From contig JBAYLA010000002.1 of the NCBI GenBank assembly GCA_041664285.1, positions 1,349-65,348 of the forward strand: a stretch of 64,000 bases of DNA, in the 5' to 3' direction. The notes under the pieces are model-generated. The model was given only the letters and a program-made list of their open reading frames with translations, had not been told where the DNA came from and made no database searches. A program made the position numbers and the translations under genes. Below are positions 9,642 to 18,941 of this stretch, in pieces (position 1 is the stretch's first letter; every line of letters starts with the position of its first letter). The stretch comes from Minisyncoccota bacterium. GTDB lineage: Bacteria > Patescibacteriota > Minisyncoccia > Phycocordibacterales > UBA9973.

Positions 9642-10775
9642 ATGAGTATCGTAATTTTTATAATAATTCTATTAGTTCTCGTTCTAGTCCATGAGTTTGG
9701 GCATTTTTTTACCGCGAAGAGTTTTGGTATAAAGGTTGAGGAATTTGGTTTTGGTTTTCCGCCCAAGTTATTTAGTTTTAAAAAAGGGGAGACGGAATAC
9801 AGTTTTAATTTATTACCCTTAGGTGGATTTGTAAAAATTTTTGGAGAAACTGTTGATGAAGCTGATTTTGTAGAAGTGGGATTTTTAGATAAAAAAGAAA
9901 CTCCAGAAAAAGTTGAATTGGCGGAAAGAAGCCTGGCGAACAAGCCAAAATGGCAACAAGCCTTAGTACTTTTTGCTGGGATTTTCGCTAATTTTTTATT
10001 AGCTTGGCTTTTATTTTCTATTGGTTTTATGTCTGGATTTCCTACTTCGGTTGGAAGTGAGTCCGCCGGTTATAAATTAGAAAATATAAATTTAGTCATT
10101 GTTTCTGTTTTAGCCAAGTCTCCCGCTGAAAATGCTGGACTTAAGGCTGGTGATAAAATAATTAATATAAAAAGTGGTGATAATTTCACCACAAATATTA
10201 GTCCTGAAACTGTTAAATCTTTTGTTGTTGAAAATAGAGGAAAAGAAATTGATATTGGATATTTACGGGGGAAAAATTCTGAAGTAAATATTGCCAAAAT
10301 AAATCCTAAAGAAATTAACGGAGAACCTACCATTGGGATTTCTATGGATCAAATAGGAACAGCTAAATTGCCATTTTTTTCAGCAATTTGGCAGGGGTTG
10401 CGTTTAGACCTACTTATGACAAAAAGTACTGCCGTAGGGCTTTATACGCTTGTTTCTGAGGCCATAAAGGGTAAAGGAAGCCTTGCTACAGTTACAGGAC
10501 CTATCGGCATGGTGGGCATTGTCGGAGATGCCTATCAATTTGGCTTTGTTTACCTTTTGTCTTTTGCAGCACTTATTTCGATAAATCTTGCAATCATAAA
10601 TCTTATTCCATTTCCGGCTCTTGATGGTGGGCGACTTTTCTTTTTATTGATTGAAAAAATAAAAGGTTCTCGTATAAATCCAAAAGTTGCAAATACTATG
10701 AATATGATTGGTTTTTATCTCCTAATATTTCTAATGCTCTTCATTACTTATCGTGATGTTATTAAATTGTTTTAG
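9642..10775 (+). CDS. rseP: RIP metalloprotease RseP (M50 + PDZ)
   Basis: HEFGH, LLPLGGFV, NLIPFPALDGG, PDZ SPAENAGLKAGD. Confidence 0.95.
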   Translation: MSIVIFIIILLVLVLVHEFGHFFTAKSFGIKVEEFGFGFPPKLFSFKKGETEYSFNLLPLGGFVKIFGETVDEADFVEVGFLDKKETPEKVELAERSLANKPKWQQALVLFAGIFANFLLAWLLFSIGFMSGFPTSVGSESAGYKLENINLVIVSVLAKSPAENAGLKAGDKIINIKSGDNFTTNISPETVKSFVVENRGKEIDIGYLRGKNSEVNIAKINPKEINGEPTIGISMDQIGTAKLPFFSAIWQGLRLDLLMTKSTAVGLYTLVSEAIKGKGSLATVTGPIGMVGIVGDAYQFGFVYLLSFAALISINLAIINLIPFPALDGGRLFFLLIEKIKGSRINPKVANTMNMIGFYLLIFLMLFITYRDVIKLF

Positions 10776-10812
10776 TATTTACATATCTCTAATTCGCGTT
10801 AATATTTAAATT

Positions 10813-12522
10813 ATGAACAGCGAAATTAAGAATTGTCAAAATTGTAAAAAGGATTTCACTATTGAACCAGAAGATTTTGATTTTTATGAAAAAATAAAAG
10901 TTCCTCCACCTACTTTTTGTCCAGACTGTAGGTTGATGAGACGTCTTTTATGGCGCAATGAACATTCATTATTTCGTAGTCCTAACGGAGAAAAAGGAAA
11001 ATCTAATTTAATTATATCTATCTATCATCCAGACTCTAAGCTAATATCTTACGATAAAGAAATGTGGTGGAGTGATAAATGGGATCCTTGTGATTATGGC
11101 ATAGGGTATGATTTTTCAAGGTCATTTTTTGAACAATTTAAAGAACTTCTAGAAAAAGTTCCACACTTAGCATTATCTAATTCAAATTCTATAAATTCTA
11201 GATTTTGCCAGACAGCAGTTGAGCTAAAAAATTGCTATTTGGTAGGTTCTAGTATGGCGTGTGAAGATTCTATGTATTGTAATCGTATCTTTCATTGTAA
11301 ATTTACACACGACTCTTATATTTGTTATTCTACAGAATTTGGTTATGACAATGTATATTGTCGTGAATCTAGTAAATTATTTTTTTCCAGAGAAAGCGAA
11401 AGTTGTTTGGACTCATATTTTCTTTATGATTGCAGAAATTGCTCTAGTTGTATTTTATGTACTAATTTAAGAAATAAAAGCTATTGCATAGAAAACATAC
11501 AATACAACAAAGAAGAATATATAAAAAAGAAAAAAGAACTTGCTTTAAATACTCGTTTTGGTATAGAAAAAGCAAGAATTAGATTTGAACAGTTATGGCG
11601 TGATGCATTTCATAAACATTTAAAACTTACTAATACTGTAAATGTTATTGGAGATCAAGTTAAAGATTCTCGTAACTGCTACTACGTTTTTGACCTAGAA
11701 GGAGAAGCGGAAAATGTAAAATATGCTCACTGGGGCTCTAAGGGAACACGTGATTCTTATGACGTTGGACCTGGATGTGGCAATAATGCTGAGCTTCTTT
11801 ATGAAGGTATAAGTACTGGAGTGCAGAACAGTCGAGCTTTTTTTAACGCTGTAGTTTGGTATTCCAATAATATTTATTATAGTTATATGCTAAACAATTG
11901 CCAAAATTGTTTCGGTTGTGCTGAAATGAATAGCAAGCAGTATTGTATTCTAAACAGACAATATACAAAAAAAGAATATGAAAATTTAATGCCAAAGATA
12001 GTTGAACAGATGAAAAATGTTCCTTATATAGACAAAAAAGGCAATATATATAGTTTTGGAGAATTTTTCCCTCCAGAAATATCCCCATTTACTTATAATG
12101 AAACAGTAGCACAGGATTATTTTCCATTAGACAAAAGAAGAGCTGAGGCGGAGGGGTATTCTTGGCGAGAATATCAACCTAGTTCTTATCAAATTACCAT
12201 CAATGGGCAAGATTTACCTCAAGCTATTTCCGAGGTAAATGATTCAATCTTAAATGAGGTTATTGAATGCGAAATTACTAAAAAACCTTTTAAAATTCTT
12301 GAGCAAGAGTTGAGTTTTTATCGAAGACTTGATTTACCACTTCCATCAATTCATCCTGACGAAAGGCACAACAGAAGATTAAAACTTCGCAATCCGATGG
12401 TTTTAAATAAAAGGATGTGCTTCTTTGGAGATGAAGAAGTTCTGACAACTTATTTACCAGAATCTAAAGGTGGTCCGAAAAAAGTAGTATGTACAAAACA
12501 TTACAATCAAGAGATTTATTAA
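10813..12522 (+). CDS. Cys-rich hypothetical protein (Zn-ribbons plus Cys-repeat solenoid), paralog of 56026..57756
   Basis: CQNC..PPTFCPDCR, repeated CxxCxxC; aligned along its length with the second copy. Confidence 0.85.
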   Translation: MNSEIKNCQNCKKDFTIEPEDFDFYEKIKVPPPTFCPDCRLMRRLLWRNEHSLFRSPNGEKGKSNLIISIYHPDSKLISYDKEMWWSDKWDPCDYGIGYDFSRSFFEQFKELLEKVPHLALSNSNSINSRFCQTAVELKNCYLVGSSMACEDSMYCNRIFHCKFTHDSYICYSTEFGYDNVYCRESSKLFFSRESESCLDSYFLYDCRNCSSCILCTNLRNKSYCIENIQYNKEEYIKKKKELALNTRFGIEKARIRFEQLWRDAFHKHLKLTNTVNVIGDQVKDSRNCYYVFDLEGEAENVKYAHWGSKGTRDSYDVGPGCGNNAELLYEGISTGVQNSRAFFNAVVWYSNNIYYSYMLNNCQNCFGCAEMNSKQYCILNRQYTKKEYENLMPKIVEQMKNVPYIDKKGNIYSFGEFFPPEISPFTYNETVAQDYFPLDKRRAEAEGYSWREYQPSSYQITINGQDLPQAISEVNDSILNEVIECEITKKPFKILEQELSFYRRLDLPLPSIHPDERHNRRLKLRNPMVLNKRMCFFGDEEVLTTYLPESKGGPKKVVCTKHYNQEIY

Positions 12523-12528
12523 AAAATT

Positions 12529-13260
12529 ATGAAAACAAAATTAATTCATGAAATCAGGGCGGTAAAGAATAAGAAAGAACTTGTTAATATTATTAGAGCA
12601 CAGAGGATAAGTGAAAAAGTATTAAAAGAAGTACTTAGTAAATTAAAAACAGGCATAACAGAAATTGAAATTGCAAATTTTATTAAAAAATCTTTTGTAA
12701 AGTACGGTATGCATATATTATCTTTTACCCCCATTGTTTCTTTTGGTAAAAATACCGCGAATGTTCATCATGAGCCCAGTAAAACTAAATTAAAGAAAGG
12801 GGACATAATAATGCTTGATTTTGGCTGTACGGTGAACCATTTTTGTTCAGACATGACAAGGACATATTTCTGGGGCGAGCCATCAGAAAAAGGAAAGCGA
12901 ATTTATTTAGCTGTTTTAAAAGCTCAAGAACTTGCTTTAAATAAAATAAAAAATGGTGAACGCAGAGCGAAGACAATAGATAAAGTAGCAAGAGATTTTT
13001 TAAATAAGAAATATAGAAATAAATTCTTACATGGGCTTGGTCATGGGGTTGGTACTGTGATTCACGAATGGCCGAATTTTAAACCAAAGAGCAAAGACAT
13101 TGTTCCAGTGGGGTGTGTGATGACCGTAGAGCCCGGTTTGTATTTAAAAGGTTTTGGTGGTGTGCGAATCGAAGATATGGTTTTAATTACCAAGAATGGC
13201 TGTAAGAATTTAACAAATTTCCCCAAAGATCTTAAAAGTGCCATACTTCCAATTAAATAA
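12529..13260 (+). CDS. M24 family Xaa-Pro aminopeptidase (catalytic domain only)
   Basis: DFG..SDMTRT, HGLGHGVG..HE, TVEPG, GVRIED. Confidence 0.92.
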   Translation: MKTKLIHEIRAVKNKKELVNIIRAQRISEKVLKEVLSKLKTGITEIEIANFIKKSFVKYGMHILSFTPIVSFGKNTANVHHEPSKTKLKKGDIIMLDFGCTVNHFCSDMTRTYFWGEPSEKGKRIYLAVLKAQELALNKIKNGERRAKTIDKVARDFLNKKYRNKFLHGLGHGVGTVIHEWPNFKPKSKDIVPVGCVMTVEPGLYLKGFGGVRIEDMVLITKNGCKNLTNFPKDLKSAILPIK

Positions 13261-13356
13261 TTTTTTGCAAGAAAAGTGAAGTTATTCACATATTTTTTGA
13301 CTTTTCTATTTTTATCTTATAAAATAAGGATATGTTAAAAATAATTTTTTGCAAAA

Positions 13357-15774
13357 ATGTCTGTTAAAACCACTAAAAACAAGATAAGTGTTGCGGTGCT
13401 CTGTGGAGGTCCTTCACTTGAGCGTGGAATATCACTTAACTCTGCAAGAAGTGTGCTCGATCATCTAGGTAGCCAAGGTGTAGGAATTATTCCAATTTAT
13501 TTTAATGAACAAAAAAAGCCTTATAAGATTTCTACCGCTCAACTTTATTCCAACAATCCTTCTGATTTTGATTTTAAATTAAATAAATCTAGTAAAGAGC
13601 TTTCAGAATCAGAGCTTATAAAAATTTTAAAAAGTGTTAGCATTACTTTTCCGTGTATTCATGGAGCATTTGGTGAGGATGGAGAAATACAAAGTTTTCT
13701 AGAAAAACACAGCATTCCTTTTGTCGGATCCAACTCAGTGTCCTGCAAAAAAGCCTTTGATAAATTTAAAGCAAATGAATATATTAGATCTCTCGGATTT
13801 TACGCTCCACAATCTATTTTATTGAAAATTACCGATAGTGAAAAAGAAATTAGAAAAAAAGTACAAGATTTTTGGAAAAATCAAAAAATAACTCGTGCGA
13901 TAGTAAAGCCTGCTTCCGGAGGGTCAAGTATTGGTGTATTTTCTGTTAATAAAGCAAGTGAAGCCATAGAAAGTATTAAAACTTTATTTAGTAAACGGAT
14001 GGATACACGCGTGGTCATCGAACCCTTTATTCAAGGTAAGGAATTCACGGTTATTATTTTACAGAATAGATTTAATATGCCGGTAGCAATTTTGCCGACT
14101 GAAATGGAAATGGATTATGACAAGCATCAATTTTTTGATTTTCGTAAAAAATATTTACCGACACGTCAAGTTACTTATCATTGCCCTCCACGATTTCCAA
14201 ATGAAATAATAGAAAAAATACAAATAGAAGCTGAGCAATTGTTTTCTGTTTTTGGAATGCAAGATTTTGCTCGTTTTGATGGATTTCTTTTACCCGACGG
14301 TAATGTTTGGTTTTGTGACTTTAATCCAATTTCTGGAATGGAACAGAATAGTTTCTTGTTTCAGCAGTCATCTCGAATTGGTCTTTCCCATCAGGACCTT
14401 TTACGTTTTATCATCAACAACGCTTGTTTGCGTAGGAATATACCAGTAGTAATTGAAAATGTCTTTTCCGACAAAAAACTTGTCCGCCGTGGTGGGCGAA
14501 AACCGCTTGCTGTACTTTTTGGTGGTGAAACTGCAGAAAAACAAGTTTCACTGATGAGTGGTACCAATGTTTGGCTGAAATTACGAGGATCTACAGTTTA
14601 CAAACCACGTCCATTTCTTCTGGTTGGGAAAAAAGAAGTTTGGGAACTTCCTTATTCTTACATCTTAAATCATACAGTTGAAGAAATAATAGAAAATGCA
14701 GAAAAAGCTCCACGAGACAGTGAGAGATTATTTTTTCTAATTGAAAAAGTAAAAATGAGATTATTCCTACAAAAATCAGATGCTACTGAGGATTTCTTTA
14801 TGCCGAAAAAGCATACCCTGGATAAAATTTTGAAACAATATTCAAATATATTTTTAGCTCTTCATGGTGGAGTGGGTGAAGACGGAACGATTCAAAGAAT
14901 TTTAGAAAAAAATAAAATTAAATACAATGGTTCGGATAGTCTTACTTCAAAATTATGTATAGATAAATGGCTAACTAGTGAAATGATCTTGCAAGCAAAT
15001 ATAAAAGGTGTCAGTGTTGCTCCGCATGTTTTATTAAAAATTAAGGATTTTTCTAAATTATCTGACGATAAAATTAAAGAAGCTTACTGGGCCATGCTTC
15101 TTAAAACACTTGGAACAAAAACAATTATTGCGAAGCCCAGAAGTGATGGTTGTTCGGCTGGAGTGGTGAGGCTTTTTAATAAAAAAGATTTATCCACTTA
15201 CATTTCTTTTGTAAAAAATAAATACACAGTTGCACCCTTGGGTACCTTTACTAGTCAGCGTGGCATTACCCAAATGCCTGAAGGAGAGGTAGCGGATATT
15301 ATTTTTGAATCTTTTATAGAGACTGATAAGTTAAAAATTAGTGGAGATAAAATTTCTCATATTCGAAAAAGTGGTTATGTGGAGATGACGGTGGGAGTGA
15401 TAGAAGACAAAGGTCACCTTAGGGCACTATCTCCAAGTATTACTGTGGCAGAAGAAACGGTTTTGAGTGTTGAAGAAAAATTCCAAGGTGGTACTGGTGT
15501 CAATATTACCCCTCCTCCTAAGGAAATTATTTCCATGAAAAATGTGAATAAGGTGAAAAAATCTATTGAGTTAGTAGCTAAAAAAATTGGGATTCGTGGA
15601 TACGCAAGAATTGATATTTTTGTTCAAATTAAAACTGGTGATATTATTATTATTGAAATAAATACTCTCCCTGGGCTTACTCCTTCGACGGTTATTTATC
15701 ACCAAGCTTTAGCTGAAAAAGAGCCGATGTCCCCAATAAAATTTTTGGAACTTATAACTGAAAACAAAAAATAA
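13357..15774 (+). CDS. ddl: D-Ala-D-Ala ligase with two tandem Ddl modules
   Basis: Two copies of GG.S.E..SL.S, HG..GEDG.IQ, ATP-grasp KP..GxS and ARxD..N..PG. Confidence 0.9.
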   Translation: MSVKTTKNKISVAVLCGGPSLERGISLNSARSVLDHLGSQGVGIIPIYFNEQKKPYKISTAQLYSNNPSDFDFKLNKSSKELSESELIKILKSVSITFPCIHGAFGEDGEIQSFLEKHSIPFVGSNSVSCKKAFDKFKANEYIRSLGFYAPQSILLKITDSEKEIRKKVQDFWKNQKITRAIVKPASGGSSIGVFSVNKASEAIESIKTLFSKRMDTRVVIEPFIQGKEFTVIILQNRFNMPVAILPTEMEMDYDKHQFFDFRKKYLPTRQVTYHCPPRFPNEIIEKIQIEAEQLFSVFGMQDFARFDGFLLPDGNVWFCDFNPISGMEQNSFLFQQSSRIGLSHQDLLRFIINNACLRRNIPVVIENVFSDKKLVRRGGRKPLAVLFGGETAEKQVSLMSGTNVWLKLRGSTVYKPRPFLLVGKKEVWELPYSYILNHTVEEIIENAEKAPRDSERLFFLIEKVKMRLFLQKSDATEDFFMPKKHTLDKILKQYSNIFLALHGGVGEDGTIQRILEKNKIKYNGSDSLTSKLCIDKWLTSEMILQANIKGVSVAPHVLLKIKDFSKLSDDKIKEAYWAMLLKTLGTKTIIAKPRSDGCSAGVVRLFNKKDLSTYISFVKNKYTVAPLGTFTSQRGITQMPEGEVADIIFESFIETDKLKISGDKISHIRKSGYVEMTVGVIEDKGHLRALSPSITVAEETVLSVEEKFQGGTGVNITPPPKEIISMKNVNKVKKSIELVAKKIGIRGYARIDIFVQIKTGDIIIIEINTLPGLTPSTVIYHQALAEKEPMSPIKFLELITENKK

Positions 15775-15778
15775 CAAA

Positions 15779-16915
15779 ATGCAAAGAAAAATATTTCTTT
15801 CTTGTATAGAATTATCGAAAAAGAACCTTATTTATAATTTTAAACAATTTAAAAACTTAGCTAAAAAGGGGACTAAGTTTTCTGTTGTGGTAAAAGGGAA
15901 CGCTTATGGCCATGGGCAAAATGAAATAGTAAAAATTTTAGATCCTTTTGTAGATTATTTTCAAGTTGATAGTATCTCTGAGCTTAAATTATTACGTAAA
16001 ATAAGTACTAAAAAAACATTTGTTTTAGGGTATATTCAAAACATAGATTTAAGGCAAGCCATTAAACTTGGATGCATACTGTCAATTTTTTCAATACAAG
16101 AATTAAAACAAGTAGAGAAGACTGCAAAAAAACTTAAAATAATACAAGAGATCCACATACCCTTCGATGCATATTTAGGACGAGAAGGTTTCTTATTAGA
16201 TGAATTACCAAAACTTTTTATAGAAATTAAAAAATGTAGGAATATAAAATTTTCTGGTATGTATGCACACTTTGCAAACATTGAAGATACTACAAATTTT
16301 TCTCATGCCCAAAAACAAATTAAGGAATTCAAAAAAGCTTTAAAGTTAGCAGATAAATTTAATTTTAACAACTTACAAACGCATATCTCTGCCACTTCTG
16401 GACTTTTAGCTTATGAAAAAGATCATGGAATTCATTCGATTATTCGTTTAGGAATCGGAGTATATGGCATGTGGCCATCAGAACACTTAAGGTCTATTTA
16501 TAAAAATAAATTTAGTTTGAAATCTGTACTAACATGGAAAACAAAAATCACGCAAATTAAAATTTTACCAGAAGGCCATACTATTGGTTATGGATTAACC
16601 TATAAAACAAAGAAGAAAACAAAGATTGCTATTATCCCACAAGGTTATGCAGATGGTTTTGATAGAGGTTTTTCAAATAATGGATTTGTCTTGATCGGTG
16701 GTAGTAGGTGTAAAATATTAGGACGAGTGATGATGAATATGTTTGTAGTGGATATAAATCATTTAAAGAAAGCTCAAGAGGAAGATGATGTAGTAATAAT
16801 AGGAGTTCAAGGTAAAGAGGAAATTACGGCAGAAGAGAATGCTGAGCGTATAAATACTATTAATTACGAGATAACTACACGTATTAGTGCACTATTGCCT
16901 AGAGTTATTATTTAA
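15779..16915 (+). CDS. alr: Alanine racemase
   Basis: VVKGNAYGHG, IGYG, GYADG, GRVMM, TINYE. Confidence 0.97.
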   Translation: MQRKIFLSCIELSKKNLIYNFKQFKNLAKKGTKFSVVVKGNAYGHGQNEIVKILDPFVDYFQVDSISELKLLRKISTKKTFVLGYIQNIDLRQAIKLGCILSIFSIQELKQVEKTAKKLKIIQEIHIPFDAYLGREGFLLDELPKLFIEIKKCRNIKFSGMYAHFANIEDTTNFSHAQKQIKEFKKALKLADKFNFNNLQTHISATSGLLAYEKDHGIHSIIRLGIGVYGMWPSEHLRSIYKNKFSLKSVLTWKTKITQIKILPEGHTIGYGLTYKTKKKTKIAIIPQGYADGFDRGFSNNGFVLIGGSRCKILGRVMMNMFVVDINHLKKAQEEDDVVIIGVQGKEEITAEENAERINTINYEITTRISALLPRVII

Positions 16916-16951
16916 CTTGCTTTTAATGCTTTTTTATATTAATCTATACAC

Positions 16952-17110
16952 ATGTCACAAGATAGACTTATAAAGCTTGCTTGCGGAACTTGTAAACGTA
17001 TAAATTACTGGTCCAGTAAAAACAAGAAACTCGTTACTAAAAAAATCGAGCTTAAAAAATACTGCAAATGGTGTCGCAAACAGACCAAGCATAAAGAGAT
17101 TAAAAAATAG
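16952..17110 (+). CDS. rpmG: 50S ribosomal protein L33, Zn-binding form (not in ORF track)
   Basis: MSQDRLIKLACGTCKRINYWSSKNKKLVTKKIELKKYCKWCRKQTKHKEIKK. Confidence 0.97.
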   Translation: MSQDRLIKLACGTCKRINYWSSKNKKLVTKKIELKKYCKWCRKQTKHKEIKK

Positions 17111-17120
17111 ATTTTTTCTA

Positions 17121-17150
17121 GAAATACCCCTTAAGGGGATTTCTTTTTTT
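17121..17150 (+). terminator. Intrinsic terminator after rpmG
   Basis: GAAATACCCC-TTAA-GGGGATTTC followed by T run. Confidence 0.8.
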
Positions 17151-17175
17151 GTTATTTCTATGGTATTTTATAAAT

Positions 17176-18240
17176 ATGGTGAAAGAAAGTATTTCTTTCA
17201 ATTCTAATAGAATTGAAATATCTAAATTAAGGGCAGCTTTGTTGAAAGCTGAAGCTAAAGGGGACGAAGAGGCAGTTCTCGCCCTAGAAGCAGAGTTGAG
17301 AGCTCTTGAAAAAGGGGAAGTTTTTAATCGTGAACAATTTTTACTTGAAAGAGCCGAAGTTGAAAAATCAAAACAGCCAATTACAAAAAACAATAAACAT
17401 AATATTTTAAAAGAAATGCAAGATCTTTCAAAATCGGATAAGATAGAAGCAGATAGTTGGACATATGATGGAATACATGAATATGATCCAGGAAAATATT
17501 CTAAAGATAAATCTTATGAAAATACTTTTAGAGGTATTTTAGACAAAATGCATTGCGTAAGTTTTACAGAGTTAGTTAAAAATAAATCTTTAGAGTTAGG
17601 TAGAAAAATTGAAGTAATGGATTTATTTGGCGGAGCTTATTTTTTAAGTGACTTAGAAAATGTTTCTAGAATAATAGGAGTTCGCACTAGAAATATTGAT
17701 GAAATACTTCTACAAGATTTAAAAGAAAGTAAACTACTGAATCTTGAGAAAATTCTCCCAGAAGAATTTAAAGGATTAGATATTAGAATTAATGATTATA
17801 TTAAAAAAGTTAGTGAACTAATGAATGACAAAAAACGATTAATAATAGAGGGTAATTTGTATAAAGGAAAAACATGGAAAAAATTAACTAAGTATAGTAA
17901 ATTAGGAGAGAATCATGGTTTTGATCTTATTGTTTGTAGACCACAAGGAGTTTTCAATGGAATATCAAGTGCTAAAAATATTACAAACATAGATAATAAA
18001 GAGTTCCACAAAGAAGAAATTTTTCTTTCTCTACTTGAAAGAACTTTAAAATTATTGTCTCCTGATGGTGGTGTATTTTTTACACAACTTCCTAATTTTG
18101 ATACAAAAGATGATATTTTAAACAATTTTATGTATGAATACATAAAAAAGAAAGAAAAAGAGGGGTATGAATTTTTAAGTGGTAAAGATGGTACATCAGA
18201 AGGAAATAAGGTCATAGCATTTAAAAGAATAAAAAACTAA
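17176..18240 (+). CDS. Hypothetical protein, probable class I SAM methyltransferase-like fold
   Basis: VMDLFGG (motif I-like), FDLIVCRP, LLSPDGGVFF; start at MVKE assumed. Confidence 0.55.
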   Translation: MVKESISFNSNRIEISKLRAALLKAEAKGDEEAVLALEAELRALEKGEVFNREQFLLERAEVEKSKQPITKNNKHNILKEMQDLSKSDKIEADSWTYDGIHEYDPGKYSKDKSYENTFRGILDKMHCVSFTELVKNKSLELGRKIEVMDLFGGAYFLSDLENVSRIIGVRTRNIDEILLQDLKESKLLNLEKILPEEFKGLDIRINDYIKKVSELMNDKKRLIIEGNLYKGKTWKKLTKYSKLGENHGFDLIVCRPQGVFNGISSAKNITNIDNKEFHKEEIFLSLLERTLKLLSPDGGVFFTQLPNFDTKDDILNNFMYEYIKKKEKEGYEFLSGKDGTSEGNKVIAFKRIKN

Positions 18241-18269
18241 AAAATACAGTACAATTTTTATTTTTCGGC

Positions 18270-18320
18270 TATACCCACACACCTGTTTTGTATTTTGAAA
18301 ATAATAGGTGTCGGGGTATA
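18270..18320. repeat. Imperfect palindrome ending AATAGGTGTCGGGGTATA (copy 2), supplying TATACT upstream of tRNA-Trp
   Basis: TATACCCACACACCT ... AGGTGTCGGGGTATA. Confidence 0.8.
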
Positions 18321-18371
18321 CTAAAGTCGATCCTCATTAAGGTCGTTTTTTGTTCTAGTTAAGTTTAATAA

Positions 18372-18442
18372 GGGTGATTAGTTAAGTGGTATAACTTCGG
18401 TCTCCAAAACCGATGTCGGGGGTTCGATTCCCTCATCACCCG
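18372..18442 (+). tRNA. tRNA-Trp (CCA)
   Basis: Acceptor GGGTGAT/ATCACCC, anticodon arm TCGGT-CTCCAAA-ACCGA, T-loop GGTTCGATTCC. Confidence 0.95.
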
Positions 18443-18556
18443 CAGGGAGATAGCAAGCAAACTGCTTTGCTTACGGAGGGAAGCGAAAAGCTTTTCATTA
18501 GTAGCGAAGAATTTATTCTAAGCTATTTGAAAAGGTATACTGTTCCTGTAAGGAAA

Positions 18557-18575
18557 GATTCCCTCATTACCCGCA
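18557..18575 (+). repeat. Direct repeat of the tRNA-Trp 3' end
   Basis: GATTCCCTCATTACCCGCA vs GATTCCCTCATCACCCGCA at 18426-18444 (18/19). Confidence 0.9.
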
Positions 18576-18579
18576 TTTT

Positions 18580-18939
18580 ATGAATAATAGTCAATTAAGA
18601 AAACCATTTAAAAAAAAATTAACTGAAATTCCAACAGAAGAAGCACATGGTGGAAGTGGAAAAAGACAGTTAATTCTTTCAAAAGAGGACGCTATTTCTA
18701 GGGAATTACAAGCTTTGACAAAAGGTTTTTTAGAAATTGGCGAATGTTTTGATTGGCATAACCACAAAAACATTGATGAATTTTTTTTAGTAATAAAAGG
18801 ATCTGGGATAGTTGAATTTGAAGATGACTTAAAAATCGAATATAAAAATGAAGATTTAATTTATACTCCAGCCAATATAAAACATAAAATTACCGCAAAA
18901 GAAGATAGTGAATTTTTCTTTATTAGATTGAATGGTTAA
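18580..18939 (+). CDS. Cupin domain protein
   Basis: WHNH..DEFF.V.KGSG ... PANIKH cupin motifs. Confidence 0.88.
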   Translation: MNNSQLRKPFKKKLTEIPTEEAHGGSGKRQLILSKEDAISRELQALTKGFLEIGECFDWHNHKNIDEFFLVIKGSGIVEFEDDLKIEYKNEDLIYTPANIKHKITAKEDSEFFFIRLNG

Positions 18940-18941
18940 TT

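Noticed and set aside
18372-18442. Recoded TGA (code 25 or 4)
   Set aside because: TGA acts as a stop at gene ends (e.g. 41643, 41983) and full-length genes translate under code 11.
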